Assembly: GCA_026026165.1 (NCBI GenBank)
Contig: JAPEUD010000043.1
Span: 124,001-188,000, forward strand
Direction: 5' to 3'
Length of the DNA stretch: 64,000 nt
From: Sarea resinae
Lineage: Eukaryota
Part shown: in pieces, positions 1 to 11,217 of the stretch
Position numbering within the stretch: position 1 is the stretch's first letter
Layout of the letters: the number at the start of each line of letters is the position of its first letter
Made by a program: the position numbers and the translations under genes
Notes under the pieces: model-generated
What the model was told of the DNA's origin: nothing
What the model saw: the letters and a program-made list of their open reading frames with translations, nothing else
The model's database searches: none

Positions 1-287
1 ACCGAGAAAGGCAATGTCGTATTTCACGTCGTCGCTTGCAAGGCACGGGTGGTACGGAAGTCGTCCAAACGTCGAGATGCCCGAAAACACGGAGTCGGCC
101 TGCGGCACACATGAGCAAATAAAAGAAAAGGGCAATGGCAGCATACTTGAGTGCCTCCATCCCCCGGAAGCGTATTGTACCACAAGCTCTTGTGTGGCCC
201 CGCAATGGGTTCCTGGTCGTGGTCGTGGTCGGCATGAGCGATTGCGCCTGCCACGAGGCCGGCAGCGAAGAAGAAATTCGTGAGCAT
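1..287 (-). CDS. Agmatinase/guanidinobutyrase-like ureohydrolase (arginase family) with N-terminal signal peptide; 5' part only, runs off the left edge
   Basis: Exon 1 147-287 (MLTNFFFAAGLVAGAIAHADHDHDQEPIAGPHKSLWYNTLPGDGGTQ). Intron 100-146 (GTATGC...CAG). Exon 2 1-99 (ADSVFSGISTFGRLPYHPCLASDDVKYDIAFLG). FSGISTFGRLP...YDIAFLG is the typical N-terminus of fungal agmatinase-family proteins. Confidence 0.85.
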
Positions 288-364
288 CTTGAATTGATCT
301 GTTCTGTTCCGAGCGGAGGATGGATGAAGTGAAAGCTGGAGAAAGGGACCGAGGAGAGGTCTGG

Positions 365-397
365 TTAAGATGGCAGCAAGGACATTAGGGCATGCAT
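365..397 (-). promoter_or_regulatory. Candidate uORF M(HALM)SLLPS* upstream of the agmatinase
   Basis: ATG TCC TTG CTG CCA TCT TAA at 385-365, with a further in-frame ATG at 397. The stop is 77 nt before the main ATG at 287. Confidence 0.5.
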
Positions 398-565
398 AGC
401 TGCAGCATGGGGCCACCAGGCACACTGTGGCCTCGGTCAGGTCAAGCGCCCCGGGACCCAACGGCCGGCATGAATGGATCTGGAGCTGACCTGTTCCTGT
501 TAGGTAAACGACCTGTCCGGGGCAGGTCGTAGGAGGTCCGGCAAGGTAGAGTAAGTAGTATCGCG

Positions 566-566
566 A

Positions 567-598
<32 letters not shown>

Positions 599-610
599 AT
601 GATGATGATG
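566..610. repeat. (GCT)n/(GAT)n trinucleotide microsatellite
   Basis: gctgctgct... followed by gatgatgat..., read directly. Confidence 0.9.
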
Positions 611-778
611 CACTATATCAATCGATTGCTTATCCTACGCTTCCCGTCTCCGGATCGGGCATGTGGGTGTGCGTGCAGCGGTGCCTGGCTGGCCATTGCG
701 TCCCTTGATCCAGGGTCGAATTCGTGATTGCTGCTGTCACCGCCTATCTATCGATGAGGACTCATGGACTACCAGAGG

Positions 779-805
779 ACTCCGTACACTCCGTACACTC
801 CGTAC
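779..805. repeat. (ACTCCGTAC)x3 tandem repeat
   Basis: Three perfect 9-mers read directly. Confidence 0.9.
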
Positions 806-1512
806 AGACCGTCCTTCTCCGGCAGATGCACGGATGGATGGTGACGATCAGTAAGAGGAATGTGTCTGGAGAGCAACAGAGTCCGAGTGACGAATGCGAT
901 GGAGCTGCCCCTGCCAAAGCCGATCACTTGTCGGCGTGTTGGCGTGTTACCTAATGAGCGTCCGTCGACTGGCGGTCCGAGGGTCCTTATCGCCCGAAGC
1001 TCGAATCCATTATCGATACCAATGAACAAAACAAACCTTCCACTGCCGCCGTGCTCGAGAGAGCAGACTGAACGATCATGGCAGTCGGTCAGCTCATTGT
1101 CTGCCGTCATACGGCTGCAATGATGCATGCGTGCAGACGGCCACTACATGGGATCAATATGGGATCAATGGATCATCGATATGCATTGTTGCAATCTTCT
1201 GCCCGCCAACGGCACAGCACGCAATCATGATGATACCACGTACTATGTAATGGCCGATACTGCCGCTGCACTGCACTGCACTGCAATGCATTACACTGCG
1301 GCCTCCTCTGGATGCCGATATCTATGTACCGCTACTTTCACTGGGACCCTTTCCAACTCTACTCAATATGGAGTACATGGATCATGCATGCGCTGGGGAA
1401 GCGGAACCGTCGCTTGCTTGGACCCGGCACGACCATTTGTCGATTCTATTGAAATATTTATGAGATCCTAGCCCGACACAGATACACAGACAAACACGCA
1501 CAATCGTGGCCG

Positions 1513-3198
1513 TCATGGCTCCGCCGTCGCAACGCCATCGACAGTCTCCTCGTCACCGTGATCAACACCGGCATCGGCATCGACATCAATGCCAAGCTCC
1601 GCCCGCTCATCCTGGTCCATGCGCTCAAACGCCTTCTGGACCTGGTGTTCCCAATCGCTGAACGCGACAATCGCCCACTCGAGGAAGCCGACCAGATATA
1701 ACGCGATGCATTGACCGACCCAGAGCCCCTCGAGTCCCCAGCCGTGGAATGCGAGCCAGATGCCCAGCGGTAGCGCACCGCAGTAGTAGCTGACGATATT
1801 GACGGCAGCGCCAACGTGCTGCCGGCCCATGCCTCGCAGACTTCCTCCGCAGCTTCCATTGAGCCCGTCGGCGATTTGGAAGAGAGCCACAAACGGCATG
1901 ACGATGGCAGTGAGACGGATGACACGCTCGTCGTCGTTGAAGATCTTGGCGTAAAAGTCTTTGACCCCCATCAGGACGGCAAGGACGATAGCACCGAGCA
2001 GCATGCTTAACCAGGCGGCCGTGTTGGCCGCTCTCGCGGCGCCCTTGGCGTTGCGCGACCCCAAGAGATTGCCAACTCGCGCGCTGGTCGCCACGCCGAC
2101 GCCAAAGGGAATCGTATTCATGACTTGGTCGGTTGTCATGATGACGCTTTGAGCGGCAAGAGGGATAGTCCCCAGCCTTCCGGCAGCCAGAGCGACGATC
2201 TCAAATGCCCACCATTCCGTGCCAACGTGGATCACACCGAGGAAGGCGAGGCGCGAGAAGATGCCTAGATGTTGTAGACATTTCCGTGTCCATCCTCCCC
2301 AGGTATCCCAGCCAGCCACGAATCGGGCATATGCTAGAAGAAATAGGAATGAGAGCCAGTAGCAGATCCCCGTGGCGACTGGAGCGCCGAGAAGTCCCAT
2401 CTTGAACGTGTATACAAAAAGATAGTTCAAGCCCGCATTGATTGGCGACGTTATGAGCAGAACGTAGGTACCCGGCCTCATGATTTCTGCACCGAGGTTA
2501 GCTCAGAGAGAGTTCAAAGTAATCAAGCACATACCTTGAGCTTGTAGATATTTCTTCAGAGCCTCAAAGTATATGTAGCCCAACCCCCCTGGAATGAGGC
2601 AGCTGAGGAATTTGGCGCTGCTTCTCGATAGATCGGCCTCCTGTCCGAGTAATCTGAAGACCGGCTCGGAAAAGAACCACAAGATGGCCACCGGAATATA
2701 AAACAGCCCAAGGACAATGAATGCCCGCTGCAATAAGATACCAAGTTCGTGCGGATTTTTGCTGCCGGTGAAGCTGGTCGAGCAGAGCGTATCCAATGCC
2801 GTCGTGCCACCAAGCGCAATCAACCAGGCCGTCGACATGGCAAACATGTACGAGAAAGCAGCCGTGGCCAGGTCTTCAGGTGAGAGGCGGCCTACCACGA
2901 GCACTGAGACGGTTTGCAACGAATTTTGAAGCATATAGGCGAGGATCACTGGAATAGAGCTCTTCAAGAGGATCGAGAACTCCGCCAGCACAAGCTTCGT
3001 CTTCGAGGCACCCTCGTCTTCCAGATCGAACACCTCGCCATTCTCGTGAATTTCTTCTGGTTCGTTTCCATCGAGCGGTTTGGGCAGGAGACCGGTTCGC
3101 TCGTTCGGGGCCGAGTCGAGGGGCGAAGTCTTGTTAGAAGTTCCCTTGCGCAGAAAGTTAGGAAGCCACGATTGAGCGCTGTTAGCTTCATCCATCAT
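1513..3198 (-). CDS. MATE-family multidrug/toxin efflux transporter
   Basis: Two exons, 2535-3198 and 1513-2486; intron 2487-2534 (GTATGT...CTAAC...CAG). MATE motifs: ALDTLCS, EWWAFEI, SARVGNLLG, FQIADGL..SCGGSLRGMGRQ. Confidence 0.93.
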
Positions 3199-4685
3199 TG
3201 GGACTACTGAATTGGTGGATGTCCAAAGATGTCGAAAATGCAATTGAAGAGGCCTCTGGCTTTTGAGTCTCTAGTCCTCCGTAATCAAGTCGCCATGGAG
3301 AAAGAAACAGGCCCACCCAGGAATGAGTGAACAAGATAGAAAAGCAGCCTAAGATCCGTGGTATCGATATATCAGGGAACAACAATCCATAACAAATGTA
3401 CAGCATAGATGGCGTCGTCTCAATGCAATGAGATTGGCCCAGCATCCGAATAGAAAATCGCAAGTAGCAAGCAGCAAGCAGCAAGTAGCATGCATCGGCA
3501 TGAATAACGGACAAGCATCATCGCTTTCGGATAGGGTAATACGGTCAGTAAAAAGCAGCAATGGCCGTGGCTACGTGTGCGACGGCACGAAAGAAGGCAG
3601 CCAGAGCCAGACAAGAGACCCCTCAAATCCACAGACCGGGCCATCAGGTCAGCCAGGATCTCTTATCTCGTTGCCGAGATGCACGATGCAGCTGCCGAAT
3701 GCACCATCAGGGAAGGCCGATGGAGACGAGGACAGAAGACCGAGGAGGACGGTGAAGGTGAAGGCGAAGGTGCACCGTGCAAGCTCTGAGTCGCTGGCCA
3801 GCCGCTGACACAGAGCATTTGAGTAACGGTTACGTACGAGGTTACTGGGTAGGGTGCGAACAGCTTCAAGTACCGCGACTTGTCCCCGCAAGATCCAATA
3901 GTAAGAGGTAATGAGCTCTCTCGCCTCTATCGGGTGCTACTACGTAGTAGACATGCATGCCGGCATGAAGTCCGTGCTGCCGTTGCCGTGGGCTTGGATC
4001 TTAGAGAGCCTTAGACTCGCAAAGGATGAAAATCAGTAGTCATAGTCGATGCTCATATCGATAAGATGCGCCATGACCGTGGAGATGATTGTAGTCCGGA
4101 TGCGTCATGGCGAGATGCCTTCATCGTCCCTGATGAGATGATAGATGCGCTCGAGGAATCGATATCGTGACGAGATGGGTATCAGTGATCCGCTGAGGCT
4201 GTAATCTGGAGTCGACGCTGACCGCGGCAGACGCTTGTCAGAGGGCGTGGTCAGAGCTTTGTCTTTTCTTTTGCCGACGACTTCTACCTATCTCGCCATG
4301 GCACACCAACACGGCCACCACCACGGCTTGGGACGAGACAGGGAGTACAGACGCTGGAGATAAGACTCCTTTCCTCAATCCAATCAGGGAAATCGATTCG
4401 CTGGGATCCCCGTCCATTCCCACCTGCCGTCGGGCTCGAAGAAGCTTCTTTCGTGGCTCATTGCTCGACTGCATGCAGGACAGACATGTTGAAGACGACG
4501 CGTTCCCCGGCTTTGATTGAACTGTATCCCTGAGCCAGGCGTGCAATAAGTGCAACAACTTCTGAAGCGTCTTCTTCCGCCATCATTGCTACTATCGATT
4601 GCGTCGCTGTGAGAGATTTGCTCGCTCATGACGGCTTCACTGTCTCTCTCCTCTCTCGGCGTCGATCGCCTCGCGTACACTGGCA

Positions 4686-6710
4686 ATGGATATTGAATCC
4701 AACGAAAAATCTCGGCCACCTGCTGGCGCAAAGATGGAGGACGAAGAGCCTTCGGGTCTGGAGGACAAGGAAGCCGGAGAGGTGCTCGAGACCGGCTTGA
4801 CAAAGGATGGCATGATGCTTCATCCCCAACCTACGGCAGATCCACTGGATCCGCTGAATTGGTCTAGCTTCAGAAAGCACTCGATATTAGGCATTGTCAT
4901 GTGGATGTAAGTCCTCAACGACTCTAATTGCATTTCGCGATCTGTTGTTCTTGATACTGTGGTGTCCTGTTGCGAAGGCGACTGACATTAGGATTAGGTA
5001 TTTTCTGTTTACTTATATTACTACGACGACAGTTCCCTCCTTTCCCCAAATCCAAACGAAACTGGATATCTCTGCTTCTCAGGTCAATTGGACCGTCGCC
5101 ATACCCGCCTTGGGGCTTGCCGTGGGACCTCTTTTCTGGTCTTCGTTTGCAGACATCTATGGTCGTCGTATCATATTTATCCTCGGGACCATCGTCGGCA
5201 TGGTAGCAACTATCGGTGCAGCTGTCGCGAAATCCTATAGCGGCTACATGGCGGCAAGGTTCTTTCAGGGCTTTGGTGTCAGTCCCGGCGCAACTGTAGG
5301 GATGGCAATCGTCGGAGAGTGAGTAAACCATTGGGCGTTCCTTCTCATGGCTGGAGGCTAAGAATACTCAGTTTGTTTTTCGAATACCAACGAGGCCAAA
5401 AGCTCGGTTTTTGGGTATTGGCAATTGATACTGGTCTCCTAGTAGGCCCTATCAGTAAATTTGTCCATTTCGAGATCTTCTCGATAGACAGCTAACGTAT
5501 CGCAGTCGGCGGCTTCATGGACCTCGTCAGCCAGGAGTGGATCGACTGGCTAACCGCAATCCTCTTCGGTGCCCTTCTCATCGTCGAGATCCTCTTCCTC
5601 CCAGAGACGCTCTATCCACGCAACCAAATGCTCTCGCGAATGCCGCTTGCCATCGAAAGTGGAGGAACGACCGACTTTGACGCGCTCGAGAAAACCGGTC
5701 GCACCCTCAACAACGCCGCCGACGTCGACCTCAAGCGTACCAAGAAGCTCTTCTTCATCAATATTCGGCCGGTGCCAGGCATGCGGCATCCAAAGCCCTG
5801 GGACTCGGTGATGCGCTTCCTACAGACCCTACGTTTCCCTGTTGTCGTTATCGCGGTCCTCATCTATTGCTTTGCGTGGTACTGGTGGATCTTATCTATC
5901 ATCACGGAAATCCCGTACGCCTACATCCAGTACAGGCCTCAGATCCAGGGGCTACTTTTCATCGGCCTCTTGCTCGGCACGTTGTTTTCCGAGTTGTTCT
6001 GCTCGGGGCGTCTGAGCGATTGGCTTATTTTACGGCTCACGAAGAGAAATAAGGGTGTTCGAGTCGCGGAGATGCGGCTTTGGCTGGCGTATCCCGCGGC
6101 CCTAATTAGTGCTAGTCAGTAACGTCGCTCCCAAGTTCATCAACGGATAGTCATACTCACTGTTTTAGTTGGCCTTATCGTATGGGGCATCAGCATTGAC
6201 AAGCACTACCATTGGATTGTGGGCCAAATCGCCTTCTTCCTCTGTAAGACTCCCTCCACCCACGTAGACGCTCACTACTTACCTGGTCCTTAGTCGCGGC
6301 CGGCATTCAAATGGGTAATACGGTCATCTCGAGCTACATCGTCGACTGCTACCCGCTGCAATCAATGAGCGTGATCACCTTCTACTCTGTCTTTTTAAAC
6401 CTCAGCGCATTCATCGATCCCGTGAGTTCCCCTACATCTCGTTTATTGCGCCTGTCTTCTAATTCTTATGATTCTGCCCGCTTCCCTCTCTCCGCCCCGT
6501 TTATCATTCCCACTGACAGACGTCTCTCAGTTCTTTATTGGTCCTTGGGTCGCCCGTGACGGCTACACCTGGTCCTTTGCCGCGCAGGGCATAATCACGT
6601 TCTTTGTCTCCGTGCCTGCGATCGCGGCTCTTCATTATTACGGCGCAGCGATTCGCGCCTGGTCCGGGGAACCAGGGTGGGTGAATCCGGAGTACGATGT
6701 CGAGGTCTGA
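4686..6710 (+). CDS. MFS transporter, DHA1/HOL1-like
   Basis: Multi-exon; first exon 4686-4906 with GTAAGT donor; stop TGA at 6710. Motifs: PQPTADPLDPLNWS, ADIYGRR (MFS motif A), ARFFQGFG, LFLPETLY, GRLSD, AEMRLWL, SYIVDCYP. Internal exon boundaries not all fixed. Confidence 0.9.
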
Positions 6711-8529
6711 ATAATGCGTTTGAACGACGCGTCTGAGCAACTCGTCCAGCATTACGCTCGAATGTTGCGATAGCGAATTGCATAAGCAGCTCGTCCCATG
6801 GAAAGCCCACAAACAAGGCATAACAGGTCTTCAGGCACCCCGTTCTCAGTTTACTCGGGCGTTTGGCTGGCCTTGGCCTCTGCCTTTGTTTTACATTACT
6901 ATAACCCTTGTTCTGTTGCATTTACGCGCGCACGTACGTTAGACTCGCCTTATTCTTCTGCCGACCACACCTATGGCTTGATAGAAATCTGCTAGCATCG
7001 GCATTGGCATAGATATCCGCGTGGCCACGCTCGAGCATGTACCTATCTTTGGGTCTTGGTCGCGTCTGGGTGCTCCTGGTTGAGTTCTGGATTTCTGGAA
7101 CGGGCCTGGGCGCTACTGTATGTTTTTCTGTTTCAGGATCCTCACGGAGATTAGGCGCGGTTTTCAGACCACATGTATTACTCTCTTGGGAGTTGGGAAT
7201 CCGGAATGTTAGAACGCTAGGAGGAAGGAAGGCATCTGGACATCTCTCTGCTCTCGGGCCGGTTCTTGCTTCAAGTCCTCGGCGCCCCTCTTTCCAGAAC
7301 GTCTCTCCGTGTTTCTCAGACCATGCTACCGTACATTGGATGTTCAGTTTTTTACCTGTCTTAGATAGCCCATGTTTTCTGTATAGCAGTATACCTTTTG
7401 CGAGACGATGGAAAAGGGCGATAGAAAGAATTGTTCACATATATTGGATATATATTGGATGCCTCGCTGCTCACACACCAGACAACTTCTACTCCATGAG
7501 TCTCGTACAGTCTCTTCTCTGCTCTCTCGCTCAGTAGCTCTTGACATAGACCTGCCACACGCAGTACGCAGGACGGAGTGATAAAGCTGACAAATATTAG
7601 AAGAGCTTCTTGAAGTAGATCTGTACTCTAGAGATTTCCTCGTCCGGCAAAAAAAATGTGATTGTATCCCTATTTACCTTGGCAGGGCAGCTCTCATAGC
7701 ACGCTGTCCGTGCCATGCTATGTCGTGCTGTGCCGGCGTAGAGTAGGACTGTAAGGAGTACGGGATATAGAGTATCTTATACCCCGCCTTTTGCGTATGC
7801 TCTATACTGTAAATGGTACTGAGTACTTAGCGCAATGTATAAGATTCTGAGGTAGGGTTGAGTCATGGTTTGGTCTTAGCTTACTTAAGTAGCCCAACTC
7901 AGCTTGTCGATCTATTTATTTCATTCCCCCGCCCCTCTCCCCGCCTCGTCCGTCCGTCGTTCTGTCTGTCGTCCTCCTTTATTTCCCCGACGCCCCTGAT
8001 TGATTGTTGTTCACGCTCCCCACGCACGATTTGAGAAGAGGGTACGAGATACACATGAATGAATGAATGAATGAATGCTTCTTGCTCGCTTGCTGTCCAT
8101 TGATTCGGCCATTGACCTGTGCTGACCGGGTCTCTGCTCCTATACCTCCTTATCCCCATTTGGGGGGTTACTGGTGTTCGTGTTTCCCGTTTTCTCGTCT
8201 TTTGATTTCTTTGTAGCTTGTTGTTTGTTGGTGAACTGGGCTGGTTCAATTGGCTACGGGCTCCTGATTTTTCCTCTCAGCTTGAGTGGTTGAGGGAAAG
8301 AGAAAGAGAAAGAGAAAGACAGGTTGCGCATTGAAGCCTTGCGAGTCGTCGGTTAGGCAACGACGTTGAGAGACATACTTGTCTCGCCCCGCTGTTGCAT
8401 CCCTCACGACTGCTCCTCGACCTCCTCTCAGCCCAGCATACCCCTATCCGGCCACATCGGGCGTGCCGCATCCACTCGCAACCAATCCCGGAGAATAACA
8501 CGACCGCTTCCAACCACCAACCCCACAGA

Positions 8530-9576
8530 ATGAAGCTCTACCCGACCATCACGCCCTCGCTCGCCGAATGGGCGCTCTCGCAGCCGCTCTTCTTCACCGC
8601 CTCGGCGCCCCTGCACTCAGCCAACTCGCACGTCAACCTCAGCCCGAAAGGCCTGCCCTCATCGACCCTCACCATCTTTTCGGGCGGCACCCAATGCGCG
8701 TACATCGACTACACGGGCTCGGGGGCGGAGACGATCGCGCACGTGTACGAGAACGGCCGGGTGACGCTCATGTTCTGCTCGTTCGGGCCGAGCCCGCGCA
8801 TCCTGCGGTTCTTCTGCCGGGGCAGCGTGGTCGAGGCCGACGTCGTGGGCGTGCGGGGCTCGGGCGACGACGGCTACGAGCGCAGCGCTGACGACGAGGA
8901 GCATCGCAGGGTGCCGAACCCGGCGTTTGATCGTCTGCTGCGCCGCATGGGACATGTGCGGGGGAGGGAGGACGTCGAGGGCGCGAGGGCCGTGGTCGTG
9001 CTCGAGGTGCTTCGCGTGCAGACGTCGTGCGGCTTCGGCGTGCCGTTATCTTCCTCTGCGTGTGTGGATTCCCCACCAGACCCAAGCACCACTAGCACCA
9101 ACACCTCTTCCTCTCCTGTTCCTCAAAAACACTCCACCACCTCCCAAACCACAACGCCCTTCCAGCCCCGCCCCACGATGCAAGCCTGGGCGCACAAAAA
9201 AGCCAGCACCTCGACCCTGCTGCCGTACCAAACCGTCAACAACGCCCACAGCATCGACGGGCTGCCGGGGCTCAAGAGCGCGCGGCGCGCGCGCGGCGAG
9301 TGGCTCGTCTTGGGCGATCTGCGCGCGTGGCTGGCACGGCTGTGGTGCATGCGCGTCGCTGTGCTGGTGGGGTTCGTGCTGGGGTTTTTGACGGCGGTGG
9401 TGGTGACATCGGTTGGGGTTGGTTGTGGTGGGGATGGTCTTGGTGTCAGTGGTGGTGTCGGTGGCGGTGGTGGGCATGGGGTCACTAGGACTTTCCTTTT
9501 CGGAGACTCATACTCGTTCAGAGACGGACTCGTTCGCTGGCTCGGGGGCGTGGGACCAGCATCAAGAGAGAACTGA
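8530..9576 (+). CDS. Pyridoxamine 5'-phosphate oxidase-like FMN-binding protein (YLR456W/YPR172W-like) with C-terminal transmembrane segment
   Basis: Intronless, starts MKLYPTIT. Motifs: FFTASAP, HVNLSPKG, YIDYTGSGAETIAHVYENGRVTLMFCSF, VQTSCGFGVP, NAHSIDGLPGL. Confidence 0.88.
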   Translation: MKLYPTITPSLAEWALSQPLFFTASAPLHSANSHVNLSPKGLPSSTLTIFSGGTQCAYIDYTGSGAETIAHVYENGRVTLMFCSFGPSPRILRFFCRGSVVEADVVGVRGSGDDGYERSADDEEHRRVPNPAFDRLLRRMGHVRGREDVEGARAVVVLEVLRVQTSCGFGVPLSSSACVDSPPDPSTTSTNTSSSPVPQKHSTTSQTTTPFQPRPTMQAWAHKKASTSTLLPYQTVNNAHSIDGLPGLKSARRARGEWLVLGDLRAWLARLWCMRVAVLVGFVLGFLTAVVVTSVGVGCGGDGLGVSGGVGGGGGHGVTRTFLFGDSYSFRDGLVRWLGGVGPASREN

Positions 9577-9689
9577 ATCGGAAGTGAGTTACCTAAAGCA
9601 AAGTAAGACATGGAGGGCGAAAAGGGGGAACAGAACTGCAGGCATTGGTGCAAGGAAGACAGAAAGAAAGAAAGGGTTTAGTGGTCTTG

Positions 9690-10780
9690 TTCTACTTTAA
9701 CCCTATCGGCTGTTTTTGTTCTTATTTTTCCTATTTCACTTGGTTTTCTCTTGCAAGGAAGTTATAAAGATAGATAGATAGATAGGTGGTGATAGTTTAA
9801 AAATCACTATCTTGTCTTAGCTTGTCTTATCCTGTCTTATCCTATCTTACCTCTCTTATTCTCTTCTCTAGATAGGTTCTATCTACTTCTACTACCTTTC
9901 TCTAAGCTCTAGCACTACTCTTAAATCACACCTCTATAAACACAAACACATAAAAAAAACCTGTTTAACTCTAAAACAACATTTTTATTGTTCTTCTGAC
10001 TATAAGGCGCACTACTATATACCTAGTAGGCAAATAGGTATAACCTAGACTTAGCTAGGTTATAGAAGTGTTTCTAGATAGCTTATATACCTAGGAACAG
10101 GTTTCCTTATTTGCTAGTGCTTACAGATAGAATCAGAAATAGTAGATAAGGTAGATAAGAAAGAAGCGAGATTCAACTATATCTACTAGATTAATTGTAT
10201 ATTTTTAAAGGGATAGTTAGTTTTCTATCCGTAGAGAGACTCTCTAAATTTAAACCCAACTTTCGAATTAAGATGGTCTCTTCTTTCTTTCTTTCTTCTT
10301 AGGTGTGTTCGCTCTAGGTCTTTTTCTTTTTAGGGTAAGTAGGTGTGTATTTAGAAGTCTAGCTTACCTATCTGATAGACCTTTACAGACCTTATAGATC
10401 TACCTACCTACCTACCTAGAAACTTATAAATCTAACTTTAATAGAACCTACTTGGCTACCTACCTACCTACCTTAGTCAAGGAAGGTCAAGCTACTAAGG
10501 TAGATATTTAGTAACCTACCTACCTCAAGTAAAGTTCTGCTTCCCTACCTTACAGGAATAGATCCGTATACCTTTCGTAGGTAGGTGATTCAGATCCCCC
10601 TTTCTACAAAAACTGCTGGCTCGAGATTGCGATTTCCAGCAGGTCGAGGTCGAGATCCAGGTGTGAATTGCAGTTGGAGTGGGTTGTTCGATGGATCGAT
10701 GTTCTGGTTCCGACTTACTTACTTTCTTTCTATCTATCTATCTAGGGTAGGGTACCTACCTTAGGTGCCTCAGTAGGCTA
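9690..10780. other. AT-rich, TpA-enriched island with RIP-like signature
   Basis: Sharp GC drop relative to flanking genes; dense TAG/CTA/TATA; few CpG and reduced CpA/TpG by eye; no ORF of 60 aa or more in the ORF track. Confidence 0.6.
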
Positions 10781-11217
10781 AGTGGAGGTGAAGTGAGGGG
10801 AATTGGAGGTGAGTTGAGTGGAGGGGAGGTGATAAGGTACCTACGGCGGCTCCCCGAATCGCTCCGTGTCTGTCTGCAAGCTTTGATTTAGGCGGCCATG
10901 TATATCCACATCCTCATCCGCACGCATCCTCATCACATCGTCGAGGTCATCCACTCATCAAAACTAAAATCATCTTCATATCCATATCCATATCCATATC
11001 CATATCCACATCCACGTCATTATCCACATCCACATCATTATCATTTAATCCCATCCCCCAGACAGATTCATAGATCATCAAGATCCTTCCTCCCTCCCTC
11101 CCTCTCAAACACTCCACTCCCTTTTATTGAGAAAGAAAAAGAAAAGAAAAGACAAAGGAAATGGACTCTATGGCGAAAGCAACGCTTGCTGGGGGGAACA
11201 AAAGAAGGGAATTTTGT

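Noticed and set aside
3800..4685. Search for a HOL1-type PS* uORF upstream of the MFS gene
   Set aside because: The upstream ATG frames I read end in other residues (for example YP*, FD*, WR*); none ends Pro-Ser-stop.
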